From: Bdellovibrionota bacterium FG-2
Lineage (GTDB): Bacteria > Bdellovibrionota > UBA1018
DNA length: 64,000 bases
Assembly: GCA_051382305.1 (NCBI GenBank)
Contig: JBBCAV010000153.1
Location: 6,216-70,215, forward strand
Direction: 5' to 3'
The notes under the pieces were generated by a model. It saw only the letters and a program-made list of their open reading frames with translations. It did no database searches and had not been told where the DNA came from. Both the position numbers and the translations under genes were made by a program. Positions 28,496-38,429 of this stretch are shown piece after piece (the stretch's first letter is position 1; each line of letters starts with the position of its first letter).

Positions 28496-29593
28496 ATGCA
28501 GATTATTTCAAATCGTTTAGCACTCGTTCTATCATTGGGTCTGCTGTTGGGAACAACTTCGCAGGCCCTAGCTGCGGCCCCTGAAGATGTCGCAATCGAT
28601 CCCATTACCGGGGACACCTTTGTAATCGAAAAAAGCCAGAATCCCCATGGTACTCTCTTGATCCTAAACGATCACGACGAAAATTTTAAACAAACCCTAG
28701 ACCTGCTTGATACCCCTTCAGATAACGCCAAGTTTGAAGTGAAGCTCAACGAATCAGGCAACTTAACCTACCTCGTCTCCGTAGACGGTTTGTGGATGAT
28801 GGGAAGCGTAAAGAAGACCGACAAAGGTTGGGCTAAGACTTCTCTTCGCAAAGCGATCAGTGGCCAAGGCGAAGCCCAAGGCTTAGCCGCTCTTCCAGAT
28901 GGCCGCGTCGGGGTCACCGTGAGTTCTAACGAAGCGCCCGATGGCGAAATTCTCTTGGTAAACACCCCTGTTCAAACAGGCTCAAATTACCAGGTCATTG
29001 AAAAAATTCCTGCCGCTGTCATCGAAAACAGTGTCAATCAAGTCGTGGCTGAAATGGCCGCAAAACCAGAATCCGAAAACACAGGATCCGGCCACGGATT
29101 GGGATTTGCGGCTGGCGTTGAAGCCGGAGTCGGAATTGCTTATCGTCGCCATTTTGAAAACAAATGGGGCATGCAACTCGCCGGGATCGCCTTTGGTAGC
29201 AGCTCCTCCGTGAACGCAAACTTTGGCGCCACGATTCTACGCACGCTGGCCAAGACCCAGATCGTTCGGTTTTACGCCCTTGCCGGGGTCAGCGCTTTTT
29301 ATAGCGGCAATAACAACCAAACCTACGCGCCTTGCCCTATAAGCTATGATCCCTACGGCAATCCCATCAAGGATCCTAATTCAACCTGCGGAAACGAACC
29401 TGCGACGAGCACCTGGAACAATAACTGGATGTTAAACTTCGGCATGGGTATAGGGATTGAATTCACGATCGCTAAGACCATCGGCCTAGCCATCGAACTT
29501 CCTGTCACCGTGTCGTTCCAAACGGAGCAAGGTAACCTCAAGTTCAATTATGTTTACCCGATTCCAAGCGCCGCACTCATTTACTATTTCTAA
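28496..29593 (+). CDS. outer-membrane beta-barrel-like secreted protein
   Basis: Signal peptide ...TSQALAAAP. Gly/aromatic-rich C-terminal region ending ...LIYYF. Good RBS aggagg. Confidence 0.5.
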   Translation: MQIISNRLALVLSLGLLLGTTSQALAAAPEDVAIDPITGDTFVIEKSQNPHGTLLILNDHDENFKQTLDLLDTPSDNAKFEVKLNESGNLTYLVSVDGLWMMGSVKKTDKGWAKTSLRKAISGQGEAQGLAALPDGRVGVTVSSNEAPDGEILLVNTPVQTGSNYQVIEKIPAAVIENSVNQVVAEMAAKPESENTGSGHGLGFAAGVEAGVGIAYRRHFENKWGMQLAGIAFGSSSSVNANFGATILRTLAKTQIVRFYALAGVSAFYSGNNNQTYAPCPISYDPYGNPIKDPNSTCGNEPATSTWNNNWMLNFGMGIGIEFTIAKTIGLAIELPVTVSFQTEQGNLKFNYVYPIPSAALIYYF

Positions 29594-30716
29594 GACTGTA
29601 GTAGTGGGGATGTCCGGCGGAGTTGATTCCGCCGTGGCATCCCTTCTGCTTAAACAGCAGGGCTACAACGTCATTGGGCTGTTCATCAAAAGTTGGAATG
29701 AGAAAGATCCTGATGGCAGTTGCACCTCTGCGCGTGACTTCAGCGACCTCGAGCGAATTTGCGCAAAACTTCAAATCCCCTACACTTCCGTCGATCTCGT
29801 CAAAGACTACTGGGATCGTGTTTTTTCAAACTTCTTAGCCGAAATCAAAGCAGGCTTTACACCCAACCCCGACATCTTGTGTAATCGCGAAATCAAATTC
29901 GATGTATTCTTGGAAAAAGCGCGCGAACTCGGCGCAGACTTCTTCGCCACCGGTCATTATTGCAGACTCGAGCACGACACTCACGGCAGCCCCACCCTCC
30001 TCAAAGGTTTGGATACAAACAAGGACCAAAGCTATTTTCTTCACGCCGTAAAAGGCGAAGCGCTAAGAAACGTCCTCTTCCCACTGGGCGCGATGACCAA
30101 ACCCGAAATCCGTAAAATCGCAGAAGCCGCCGGAATCTCAGTGTTTGCCAAAAAAGGGAGCACCGGCATTTGCTTTATTGGCGAGCGCCGGTTTCGCCCT
30201 TTTTTGAAGCAATACCTTTCGGCAAATGAAGGTGAAATTCGCACCTTAGATGAAAAGCGCGTAGGCACTCACATGGGGAGTGCCTACTTCACGCTGGGCC
30301 AACGTAAAGGTCTGGGCTTAGGCGGCGAAGGCGAGCCATGGTTTATCGTTAAAAAAGACACTGTGAGAAACATCCTTTATGTAGCTCGCGGCGACGATCA
30401 TCCCGCGCTTTATGCGAAGACCCTTTTTGCGGAGAATCCGACATGGATTTCTGGTGTGGCACCCGGCGAGAATCCCAAAGCCCCCTATCGCTGCTGGGCC
30501 AAAATCCGGTATCGGCAAGCGGATCAGGCGTGCACGATCACGGCTCACGGATCTGAGGGCGGCTTGCGAGTGGATTTTGATGAACCCCAGCGCGCGATTG
30601 CTCCCGGCCAGTTTGCCGTCTTTTACCAAGGCGATGTGTGCTTAGGTGGTGCAGTTATTCGTGGAGTGGGGGATCCTGAGCCTTTGCCTGAGCCTTTGCC
30701 TGAGCTTTTGCCTTAG
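29550..30716 (+). CDS. mnmA: tRNA-specific 2-thiouridylase MnmA with C-terminal PEPL repeat tail
   Basis: PP-loop VVVGMSGGVDSAV, catalytic region GICFIGER. Start is ambiguous between ATG 29550 and GTG 29604. Confidence 0.85.
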   Translation: MFTRFQAPHSFTISKTVVVGMSGGVDSAVASLLLKQQGYNVIGLFIKSWNEKDPDGSCTSARDFSDLERICAKLQIPYTSVDLVKDYWDRVFSNFLAEIKAGFTPNPDILCNREIKFDVFLEKARELGADFFATGHYCRLEHDTHGSPTLLKGLDTNKDQSYFLHAVKGEALRNVLFPLGAMTKPEIRKIAEAAGISVFAKKGSTGICFIGERRFRPFLKQYLSANEGEIRTLDEKRVGTHMGSAYFTLGQRKGLGLGGEGEPWFIVKKDTVRNILYVARGDDHPALYAKTLFAENPTWISGVAPGENPKAPYRCWAKIRYRQADQACTITAHGSEGGLRVDFDEPQRAIAPGQFAVFYQGDVCLGGAVIRGVGDPEPLPEPLPELLP

Positions 30717-31218
30717 ATTCCGCCCGGACACTCGCCGCAATTGTCCTTCTTGATTGCTTTTGTTGATCCGCCAAAAGAAAGCTCTGATAAAAAGTATTTC
30801 CCTCATTAATTCTTTCAACTTTTCTAGACTGCTCTATGGCCACGCTCCGATCTTTTTCTAAACCAACAAACAGTTTTTGCGCGGCAATTTGGGGCCTAAA
30901 ATCCTCAGTGAAGGGACGCTCCATCTCGGCGACTAGAATCTGTTTTGCGGCGTTCTCAGACGCTGCATTCTTTGCCCTGACCGCAATGCGATGGGCTAAG
31001 CGCACGCATTCCAATCGATAGCTAGCGGGCATCGATGTCTCGCGTTTCAATACGGCACTCAGCGCACCGAGATAACTGATCGGATTCTCGCTAATTGCTT
31101 TGAATTCATCGCTGCGTAAAGCCAATGACATCATCGTCCGCCGCTGGCGAATCTTCAGCGAAGCCCCCACCCTCCGTCCACGTTTCTTGCCCACAGAGGG
31201 ATCGCTATCGGGAGACAA
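30655..31218 (-). CDS. hypothetical protein with C-terminal KAQA repeats
   Basis: Protein-like 187-aa ORF. Its C-terminus is encoded antisense to the mnmA tail repeat. Confidence 0.35.
   Translation of the reverse strand: MSPDSDPSVGKKRGRRVGASLKIRQRRTMMSLALRSDEFKAISENPISYLGALSAVLKRETSMPASYRLECVRLAHRIAVRAKNAASENAAKQILVAEMERPFTEDFRPQIAAQKLFVGLEKDRSVAIEQSRKVERINEGNTFYQSFLLADQQKQSRRTIAASVRAESKAKAQAKAQAKAQDPPLHE
30676..30713. repeat. 12-bp tandem repeat (cctgagcctttg x3) coding PEPL on + and KAQA on -
   Basis: Read directly from the sequence. Confidence 0.7.
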
Positions 31219-31285
31219 GAGTTTGCCGCGATCGCGTCACAACAGTCTGAACGTCGACATCTAGTTAGAAAGTCTTAATCGGAAC

Positions 31286-31828
31286 TCACCTGGACTTCAG
31301 TGCTTCTTGCATTTGGTCATAGCGTAACAATTTTTCCCGATCAGCCGACGCATCCCTTAATTTTCCGATCAAGCGAACCAGTGTTTTTCCTTCCGAAGAT
31401 GATAGTTCGGCTGATTTTAACTTGAGCATTTCAAGACAGTCTCGAAAATCAGATTCCGATAACCGAGACAATTTCAACTGAAGGAAAAGCATCACGCTCG
31501 GACGATAAATCTTTGCCTGTCCCTGCTGAATTAGAACGAGATGATTCTTGAAATCCGGAATTTTTTGCAGAAAAAAGGCAGCGGCCCCATTCACGGTTTC
31601 AATGGGTAACCCTAACTCCTCGCAAATCGTCATGATCTTTAAACTCTGATCATTCGTCATGGCCTCGACTGGAACAAAATCGATATCAGTCGTCGTGCGA
31701 TAGGAGTGCCCAAGATACGGCAAGACCGTTCCTCCTAAGAGCACCCACTCCCCGCTTAGCCGCCCAGAAGCCAGCTTCAAGAATCGCTTTAGCAGTTTCT
31801 CATCAAGACTCTTCACCACAGGGGTCAC
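31286..31828 (-). CDS. AbiEii-like minimal nucleotidyltransferase (putative toxin)
   Basis: VLLGGTVLPYLGHSYRTTTDIDFV matches the pol-beta NTase hG[GS]...DhDh motif and the AbiEii N-terminal consensus. Confidence 0.55.
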   Translation of the reverse strand: MTPVVKSLDEKLLKRFLKLASGRLSGEWVLLGGTVLPYLGHSYRTTTDIDFVPVEAMTNDQSLKIMTICEELGLPIETVNGAAAFFLQKIPDFKNHLVLIQQGQAKIYRPSVMLFLQLKLSRLSESDFRDCLEMLKLKSAELSSSEGKTLVRLIGKLRDASADREKLLRYDQMQEALKSR

Positions 31829-32349
31829 AAGTACTCCGAAATCTTCGCCAAGGCCAAGCGCCGCAATTTAACCACGCGCCCCGATCGTACCCGTGCCATA
31901 AACTCGGCCTGCTGGTTTCGTCCGAAATGGGCTCGGAAAAAGGAAGGATAATGCGTCGAAAGCGCCAAAATCAACGCCGCAACTGCTTCGGTTTTTCGCG
32001 CCTCACATCCACCAGCGCTCGCTTCAATAATCGCGGTGCGGAGCTCTCGAACCAAGTCTTCTTTATTACCTTGATTGCCCCTATGCCTTGGCCCCAGAGC
32101 GCTCGACTGCGCTCGCATCAGAGGCAAACCCAATTCGATGAGTCGGTCCCAATCACAAGTTTTTAGCTGAAGCTCTACCGAAAAGCCTAAGACTCGGCCC
32201 AACTTCTCGAGGGTATCTATCGAAGGATTTGAAGTCCCAGCCTCCAACTGTTGAAGCGTCGGGAGCGCAATCTGGGCCTGAGCCGCAAGCTCAACCTGGG
32301 TAAGGCCAAGGCATAAGCGTTGAGATCTAACATTTTCCAGAACAGACAT
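31825..32349 (-). CDS. XRE-family HTH protein with ~110-aa C-terminal domain (putative antitoxin/regulator)
   Basis: HTH LGLTQVELAAQAQIALPTLQQLEAGTSNPSIDTLEKL. Its stop overlaps the NTase start by 4 bp. Confidence 0.6.
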   Translation of the reverse strand: MSVLENVRSQRLCLGLTQVELAAQAQIALPTLQQLEAGTSNPSIDTLEKLGRVLGFSVELQLKTCDWDRLIELGLPLMRAQSSALGPRHRGNQGNKEDLVRELRTAIIEASAGGCEARKTEAVAALILALSTHYPSFFRAHFGRNQQAEFMARVRSGRVVKLRRLALAKISEYL

Positions 32350-32391
32350 ACATCTATTAAACCATGTATGCTAAACTATGTCAACTTCGCC

Positions 32392-32985
32392 CTATGCCGC
32401 CTTCACTTGGTTACGACCCGAAGCCTTTGCCACATACAGAGCCTTATCCGCCTCGGTTAGAAGCTTCTCGGACTCGTACCCCAAGCGCTCCGTAGAGGCG
32501 ACACCCACACTGATAGAGCACCCGCCAAAGCGCTCTACTTGCCTTCGGACCCGTTCAGCAAGGGTTAAGAGATCCTGCTGCGAGCCTTCGGCGGCAATCA
32601 CGAACTCCTCACCCCCAAAGCGACCTACCACGCAACCTGCAGACTCAAAATTCTTTAGAAGCCCTGCCACTCGTTTAAGCACCACATCTCCTTCGACATG
32701 CCCTAGCGTGTCGTTGATCTTTTTAAAATGATCAATATCCACGATGATCATTCCGCAGTTTTCAGTTTCCTTCTCACACGTATCCAAAATCGTTTTCCAT
32801 TTAGCGAAGAAGGCCTTTCTTCTGAGGAGTCCCGTTAGCTCATCGACGTTACACACGCCTTCTAAGTTTTGAATAACCGAAAGCACCCGAGAGTAGGATG
32901 CCTCTAACTCGGTGACTTCACCATGGAGGTTAGAGAGGAGTTGGCGAATCTCGAAGAGGCTTGTTTCTAGGTGCTTTCGGTCCAT
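32392..32985 (-). CDS. diguanylate cyclase (GGDEF domain, GGEEF active site), no sensor domain
   Basis: RFGGEEF, DIDHFKKINDTLGH. Short coiled-coil N-terminus. Confidence 0.8.
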   Translation of the reverse strand: MDRKHLETSLFEIRQLLSNLHGEVTELEASYSRVLSVIQNLEGVCNVDELTGLLRRKAFFAKWKTILDTCEKETENCGMIIVDIDHFKKINDTLGHVEGDVVLKRVAGLLKNFESAGCVVGRFGGEEFVIAAEGSQQDLLTLAERVRRQVERFGGCSISVGVASTERLGYESEKLLTEADKALYVAKASGRNQVKAA

Positions 32986-33154
32986 ATTGTGTTTTCTCCT
33001 TGCACACTAAGTAGAGCACGCGCAGTGCCATTAAATTTAGCTGCAAAAACGCGAGGTTACTTAGCGTTCGGTCCAAGTTACCCTGTGGTACCAAAAGACA
33101 CACTGATGCGCGCGCGACCTCTTTTTCTACTGGACAACGCTGTGCAGCCACCAT

Positions 33155-33763
33155 ATGTTGCACCGCATGAAAACAATAATGCTGATACTCGCCCTGAGCT
33201 TAACAAGCCTAATGCAATTACACAGTGCCCTTGCAAACGATCGCGAAGATCTCACCCCCGGTTTGCTCGATGAGATTCAAGCCGTAAAAGATGGCATGAA
33301 AAAAACGCGAGTCTACTTGAGTCGCTCACTACACATCAATCGTACCGACTATATCGGAGAATCCGACAGCAGTGTCGTCGGCGGCGGACTTGAGAAGACC
33401 ATTAAAGACAAACGTCGCAATGAAGACATTCCCAGAAACGCAAGAGGCCAAATCATCGAAATCAAAGACGAGCACGTCTGGATCGCTTTCGACAAAGATT
33501 GCGAGAGCAGAGAATGCGCTTTTCATTTTCAATTTCGCGCGCGCGAAAACGATACAAGCCGATTCCCCAAGGAAAAATTCATCTTCAACAACGCCCCGAA
33601 GAATCCGGATTTTAGAACCGTGACTTATCGAGCAACCAGTTTTTGGTTCGGGATTTTGAGAACCTCCGAAATCATTCATCTCGAAGTCAAATACGACGAA
33701 ATTCACGAGTTTATCACCGAGTACAAAACTCACCCTGGCGTGGATGCCCCGGACGAGCGCTAA
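33155..33763 (+). CDS. secreted hypothetical protein
   Basis: Signal peptide MKTIMLILALSLTSLMQLHSALA. Confidence 0.45.
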   Translation: MLHRMKTIMLILALSLTSLMQLHSALANDREDLTPGLLDEIQAVKDGMKKTRVYLSRSLHINRTDYIGESDSSVVGGGLEKTIKDKRRNEDIPRNARGQIIEIKDEHVWIAFDKDCESRECAFHFQFRARENDTSRFPKEKFIFNNAPKNPDFRTVTYRATSFWFGILRTSEIIHLEVKYDEIHEFITEYKTHPGVDAPDER

Positions 33764-35286
33764 GCGATCTTCTTAACCGGCACCACCACGGCGCTCGGGG
33801 ACCCACCTACTTTTCTAAAGTCCGAAGCCGTGATGCGAAACTTGCGCAACATACGCAGAAAATTACTGCGATCAATTTTCGATTCTTGAGAGGCCTTACT
33901 CACATTCCCATGGTGACGGGTGAGCATCCCCGTCAGAAACTCTTTTTCGAAATTCTCACTCCAGCGTTTCTTAAGATCTCGATATACGCCCAGCTGAGAC
34001 GTGGATTTTACCGGGAGATTTAGCGTCTGAGCAACTACTCGCAGCTCAGACGTCTTAGGAAGAGCAAGCAATCTCGCGCCAACAGTCTCCCCACCCTGGA
34101 ATACAAGCGCCACCCGCTCAATCACGTTTTGTAATTCACGAACGTTACCCGGCCACGCGTAGCCCTCTAGCGCCGCGCGCGCTTCTTCGCTAAACCCAGA
34201 GAAGACTTTTCCGCGCGCGGAAAACGCGTCCCTTGAAAACTGCTCGGCAAACGGGACGATATCAGAGCGCCTTTCACGAAGCGCCGGGAGCTGTAAAACG
34301 ACGCGACTCAAACGATGAAACAGATCCTCGCGAAACCCGCCTTCCGCCACTCGCTTGTTGAGATCCACGTGAGTTGCGGCAATCACCCGAACATCTGTCT
34401 TTTCGTCTTGCGTGGCGCCCACGCGCCTAAACACTTTTTCTTGAAGTACGCGCAGGAGTTTAGCTTGAAGTTTTGGATCCATTTCACCAATTTCATCTAA
34501 GAAAAGTGTGCCGCCTTTTGCGATTTCAAAAAGGCCGCGCTTTAGCGCCACGGCGCCCGTGAAGGCGCCCTTCTCATGACCAAAGAGTTCAGACTCCAAA
34601 AGCTGCTCATTAAAATTTGCACAGTTCACGGCTACCCAAGGTCCCTGCGCACGCGCCGAATCAGAATGGGTTCGACGCGCAATCCCCTCCTTACCAGTTC
34701 CACTCTCTCCCAAGATCAGGACGGTAGGTTCTTCTACGCCCTGCCTTAAGGCCTCGCGCCGCAAAACACTGAGCCACTCATTGACCTTGGACATCGACGG
34801 ATCTTTTGAAGCAATCCAGCTCTTCACCAATCGGGCGCCCCCGCCCTGCGCCTCAGCTCTAACGGCACGCGCTTCCAGCCTTGCGAGCAGGTCTTCATTT
34901 TCGCGTTCTAAAAAGACTTCGGCCTGCGCTCTTTTAACAGCGATGCTCAGCTCATCTAAATCAAAGGGCTTCTCCAAGTAATCCACGGCACCTAACTTGA
35001 GTGCCGAGATCGCCACATCTTTTTCGCCATGCCCAGTGATCATAATGACCCGAAGCCGCGGAAATATCTCTTTGGCCCAAGCCATCAAAGCCAGCCCATC
35101 TTTGCCGGGCATTTTTAGATCCGTGATCAATACCCCAAAACCAGGGGTCAAGGCTTTTTCGGCCTCTTCGGCCCCATGTGCGGTTACGACCTCAAACCCC
35201 TCACGCTCCAAACGCGACTTCAGGAGTTTTCTAATCGTTTCTTCATCATCCACAACCAGCACTTTTTGCGGCATCTGATTTTTCAC
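33760..35286 (-). CDS. sigma-54-dependent response regulator (NtrC family: REC, AAA+, Fis HTH)
   Basis: REC VLVVDDEETIRK, Walker A GESGTGKE, GAFTGA motif, C-terminal HTH. Confidence 0.85.
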   Translation of the reverse strand: MKNQMPQKVLVVDDEETIRKLLKSRLEREGFEVVTAHGAEEAEKALTPGFGVLITDLKMPGKDGLALMAWAKEIFPRLRVIMITGHGEKDVAISALKLGAVDYLEKPFDLDELSIAVKRAQAEVFLERENEDLLARLEARAVRAEAQGGGARLVKSWIASKDPSMSKVNEWLSVLRREALRQGVEEPTVLILGESGTGKEGIARRTHSDSARAQGPWVAVNCANFNEQLLESELFGHEKGAFTGAVALKRGLFEIAKGGTLFLDEIGEMDPKLQAKLLRVLQEKVFRRVGATQDEKTDVRVIAATHVDLNKRVAEGGFREDLFHRLSRVVLQLPALRERRSDIVPFAEQFSRDAFSARGKVFSGFSEEARAALEGYAWPGNVRELQNVIERVALVFQGGETVGARLLALPKTSELRVVAQTLNLPVKSTSQLGVYRDLKKRWSENFEKEFLTGMLTRHHGNVSKASQESKIDRSNFLRMLRKFRITASDFRKVGGSPSAVVVPVKKIA

Positions 35287-36503
35287 CCTAATTCCCTAAA
35301 ATCTCTTGGTATGCGAACTAAAAACACCGTCCCCTTGCCCATTTCACTTTCAACGCGGATCGAACCATGAAGCTTTGAAATCATCCCATAACTTAGACTC
35401 AAACCTAGCCCCATGCCCTTACCAACTTCTTTTGTCGTAAAAAAGGGATTGAAAGCCTTGGATTTGGTGCGCTCATTCATGCCGGCGCCGTCATCACTAA
35501 ACTGGACCTCAACAAACTCACCGTTAATTCGCGTCGTAATTGAAACTTTCCCAGAGCCCCGCCCTGTCGCCTCAATCGCATCCCGCGCATTAGTGGCAAG
35601 ATTAATAAACACCTGCTCCAACTGAAGCGCGTTAGCATAGACCGGAGGAAGCTCCTGGCCGTAGCAACGGGTGACTTGAATTCCCCGCGTGACGAACTGT
35701 CGGGCTAGCATTTTAAGGGCTTCTTCAATACGATCATGGACATTCGTGAATTCGTGGCTCTCCGTTGATTTTCGTGTAAATGCGCGCAGATAATCAATGA
35801 TTTTAGCCATCTTGTCAGCGTTGCTGATCACTTCTTGCAAACCGTCTTGGGTTTGCTTGAAGCCCTCTTGATTCGCAATCAAGGGCAGCGCAATCGCCTG
35901 CAGCTCCTGAGCATAACCTCTGATCCCCTGTAACGGTTGATTAAGCTCGTGTGCGATGCCTGCCGCAAGTTCTCCCAGTGCCGCCATCTTGCCCGATTGC
36001 ACCAGCGTTTCTTGCATCGAGTGAAGCTCCGCATTTTGCTTTTCGAGCTGAAAGTAGGCGTTTCTTAGTTCCGCGTGTTTTGTGATGAGCTCCCGCTCCA
36101 TGCGCTTTTTCTCGCTCACATCTCGAAAAATCGCGAGCGACAGCTTGGAGTGACTCCCCTGCACACGCCGGACACTCACATCGACCAACGTTACATACCC
36201 ATCTTTTCTCACCACGGCGATATCTTCATACGTGCCCGCTATCTTAAACGTTTCTCGCGCCAGCGGCCTTGCTCGTTCAGGGATTCGGTGTTTTGTGGGA
36301 TCGGGAATCAAGAGCTGAATGGATTCCCCAATAAGTTCTTCTTTGAGATACCCCGTCAGCTCCTCGCCGGCCTTATTGAGCGCATCGACTTTGCCCGTGG
36401 GAAGCACTGTTAAAATTGCGTCCGAAGCCTGGTCAAATAGGATTTGATAATTATTTTCGGACTCCGCTTCTGCTATGCGAAGATGTTTTCGATTAGTGGG
36501 CAT
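35283..36503 (-). CDS. PAS-domain sensor histidine kinase
   Basis: HisKA H-box HELNQPLQGIRGY, HATPase G-boxes (GMGLGLSLSYG). Confidence 0.8.
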   Translation of the reverse strand: MPTNRKHLRIAEAESENNYQILFDQASDAILTVLPTGKVDALNKAGEELTGYLKEELIGESIQLLIPDPTKHRIPERARPLARETFKIAGTYEDIAVVRKDGYVTLVDVSVRRVQGSHSKLSLAIFRDVSEKKRMERELITKHAELRNAYFQLEKQNAELHSMQETLVQSGKMAALGELAAGIAHELNQPLQGIRGYAQELQAIALPLIANQEGFKQTQDGLQEVISNADKMAKIIDYLRAFTRKSTESHEFTNVHDRIEEALKMLARQFVTRGIQVTRCYGQELPPVYANALQLEQVFINLATNARDAIEATGRGSGKVSITTRINGEFVEVQFSDDGAGMNERTKSKAFNPFFTTKEVGKGMGLGLSLSYGMISKLHGSIRVESEMGKGTVFLVRIPRDFRELG

Positions 36504-37380
36504 GCAAAAACGCGCTGGCCCTTTCTATTTCTTTTCCCAATTCCTCTTCGAGGACGGGAATTTCCTCCGGCTTAATTTTCAAGGGGGCCAACATATCGGG
36601 CGTGATGTCGCCAGCAGAGAAGTCCCCGGATTTTCCGATTTTATTCTTCACACAAAGCGCGTTGGCTAGCCTCACCATGTGGATCACGGGCTTGGCCGAA
36701 GCTAAAACGCTATCCATTTTTGAAACATCAAAATGATGATAGCGAATCGCGAGACGAATAACCTGAGGCAACCCCCATTTTGAGGCAATCACCTCGCCCA
36801 AGAAAGAGTGTCCTGGAAGTTCAAATTCTTTTTCGACCTCCACGAAGGAGCATTCACGTTTGAGGGTTTCCTTGATGATTCCCTGTAGGCGTTCAGGATC
36901 AATTTTATGGAGCACAAGTTTCCCAATGTCGTGAAGCAGTCCACAGGTAAACGCCTCTTCAGGCTTGGGATGTTTAATGCGTTTCGCGAGCATCTCGGCG
37001 CCCACGGCGGTTGCAAGTGCGTGCCGCCAAAAATCCATCATGGGAAAATCTTCTAACTCGATATCTGGAAAAACCGAGAAAACGGAGAGCCCCAACACGA
37101 GTTGCGCAAGCGTATTGAAACCCAAGAAGGCCAACGCCCGCTGAACATCGGTCACCCCCCCTGGAATGGCATAATACGAGGAATTCACAAGCCGCAGGAT
37201 CTTGGCCGTCAGGACCTGGTCCTTTTTAAGCACCATGGCAATGTCCGAGCTTGAAGAACTGGGATCGTTAATGAGCTCGTTGACGCACATCGCAACAACC
37301 GGAAGAGTTGGAATATCTTGAAGTTTTTCAAGCAGAGCCGAGTATTCGGATTGAGTTTTTTTCGTATTGGGTGTGGCCAT
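36493..37380 (-). CDS. HDOD domain signalling protein
   Basis: Conserved HD-related residues (LLHDIGKLVL). First gene of the HDOD, histidine-kinase, response-regulator block. Confidence 0.8.
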   Translation of the reverse strand: MATPNTKKTQSEYSALLEKLQDIPTLPVVAMCVNELINDPSSSSSDIAMVLKKDQVLTAKILRLVNSSYYAIPGGVTDVQRALAFLGFNTLAQLVLGLSVFSVFPDIELEDFPMMDFWRHALATAVGAEMLAKRIKHPKPEEAFTCGLLHDIGKLVLHKIDPERLQGIIKETLKRECSFVEVEKEFELPGHSFLGEVIASKWGLPQVIRLAIRYHHFDVSKMDSVLASAKPVIHMVRLANALCVKNKIGKSGDFSAGDITPDMLAPLKIKPEEIPVLEEELGKEIERASAFLHAH

Positions 37381-37469
37381 AGGCTCTCTTAGGTAGTTAT
37401 CGGAAGACGGGGGCGAGAAATTGAAGGAAAAGGGAGAAGAGTAGAGGCAGGAGGGAAAACATCAAACCT

Positions 37470-37497
37470 TTGACGCCAACAAAAAACAACGTTATAG
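37470..37497 (+). promoter_or_regulatory. sigma-70-like promoter for tRNA-Val (TTGACG -N16- TTATAG)
   Basis: -35 at 37470..37475 and -10 at 37492..37497, about 22 nt before the tRNA 5' end. Confidence 0.4.
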
Positions 37498-37519
37498 GTT
37501 TGTTTCCTACACGAAATGT

Positions 37520-37594
<75 letters not shown>

Positions 37595-37732
37595 TTAAAA
37601 TTCAATCATGTAACCAGAGAGAAGGAATGCACAAGAACGCCCCGTGGGACAGTGTTAATTCTACCAGATCTGACGCTCGGCGTCAAGTGAGTGGCCAATG
37701 CGCCGAGCCTCCCAATCGGTACGGTTTTAGCA

Positions 37733-38429
37733 CTATTCGCAACCCACCTCTTGCATGACGAATTCAATCGCCTTGCCACCTTTGGATTCCCTTCGGTCTA
37801 AAATCTTGAACTTAGCGCCGGGAAGAAAAATTATTTCACGCTCCTCTGGGTGAACGGAGATCTTTTCAATATTGCGTCCGCATCGAGAGGAAATAATAAA
37901 ACGGTGTGTGCACTTAAAGCCAGATCCGATCGAGGTACTTGTATAGCCTTCATAGGTCACAATGTCCCCCACTTGATGATGCTTCAGAGCGGCATCGGGC
38001 AAATCAGCCCCACGTTCAACTGGGCCATCTTTCCAAAACGAGGCCCACTACTTTGATATAGGGCTCTGCGGATTTAAGTTCGGTGCACCCACTTCTTAGT
38101 GCGTTGTTGACTTGCATGAAGATGCTCCCGGTATAGCTACGAATGGCGGCCACCTCGGCGTAAGTAAGATGGTATTGTCGGACCAACTCTTTGCCACCCG
38201 TGCTGGTTTTTGCAAAGAAGTAATTATCATTCGTGGCCAAGAGGGGGCGTCCATAGAAAGTCTCGAGCAGGGTCTCCTCGACCTGCTCTTCAGTGTCTGG
38301 GCCCAGATTCAAGGCTACCGATTTAACCTGATCGCCGTGCGTCCAGCTCACTGTTTTGAGTGAAGACGGCTCTAGTGTCTTTATAGAAAAATCAAACTCA
38401 GTTTTCAACTTGGGGTTATGATCAATCAT
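37733..38429 (-). pseudogene. R-S-E type mono-ADP-ribosyltransferase toxin domain, split by a frameshift (ORFs 38429..38016 and 38002..37733)
   Basis: N-terminal part AAIRSYTGSIFMQVNNALR (catalytic Arg motif). Downstream part YEGYTSTS (STS motif) and PEEREIIFLPGAKFKI (E-x-E). Confidence 0.6.
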
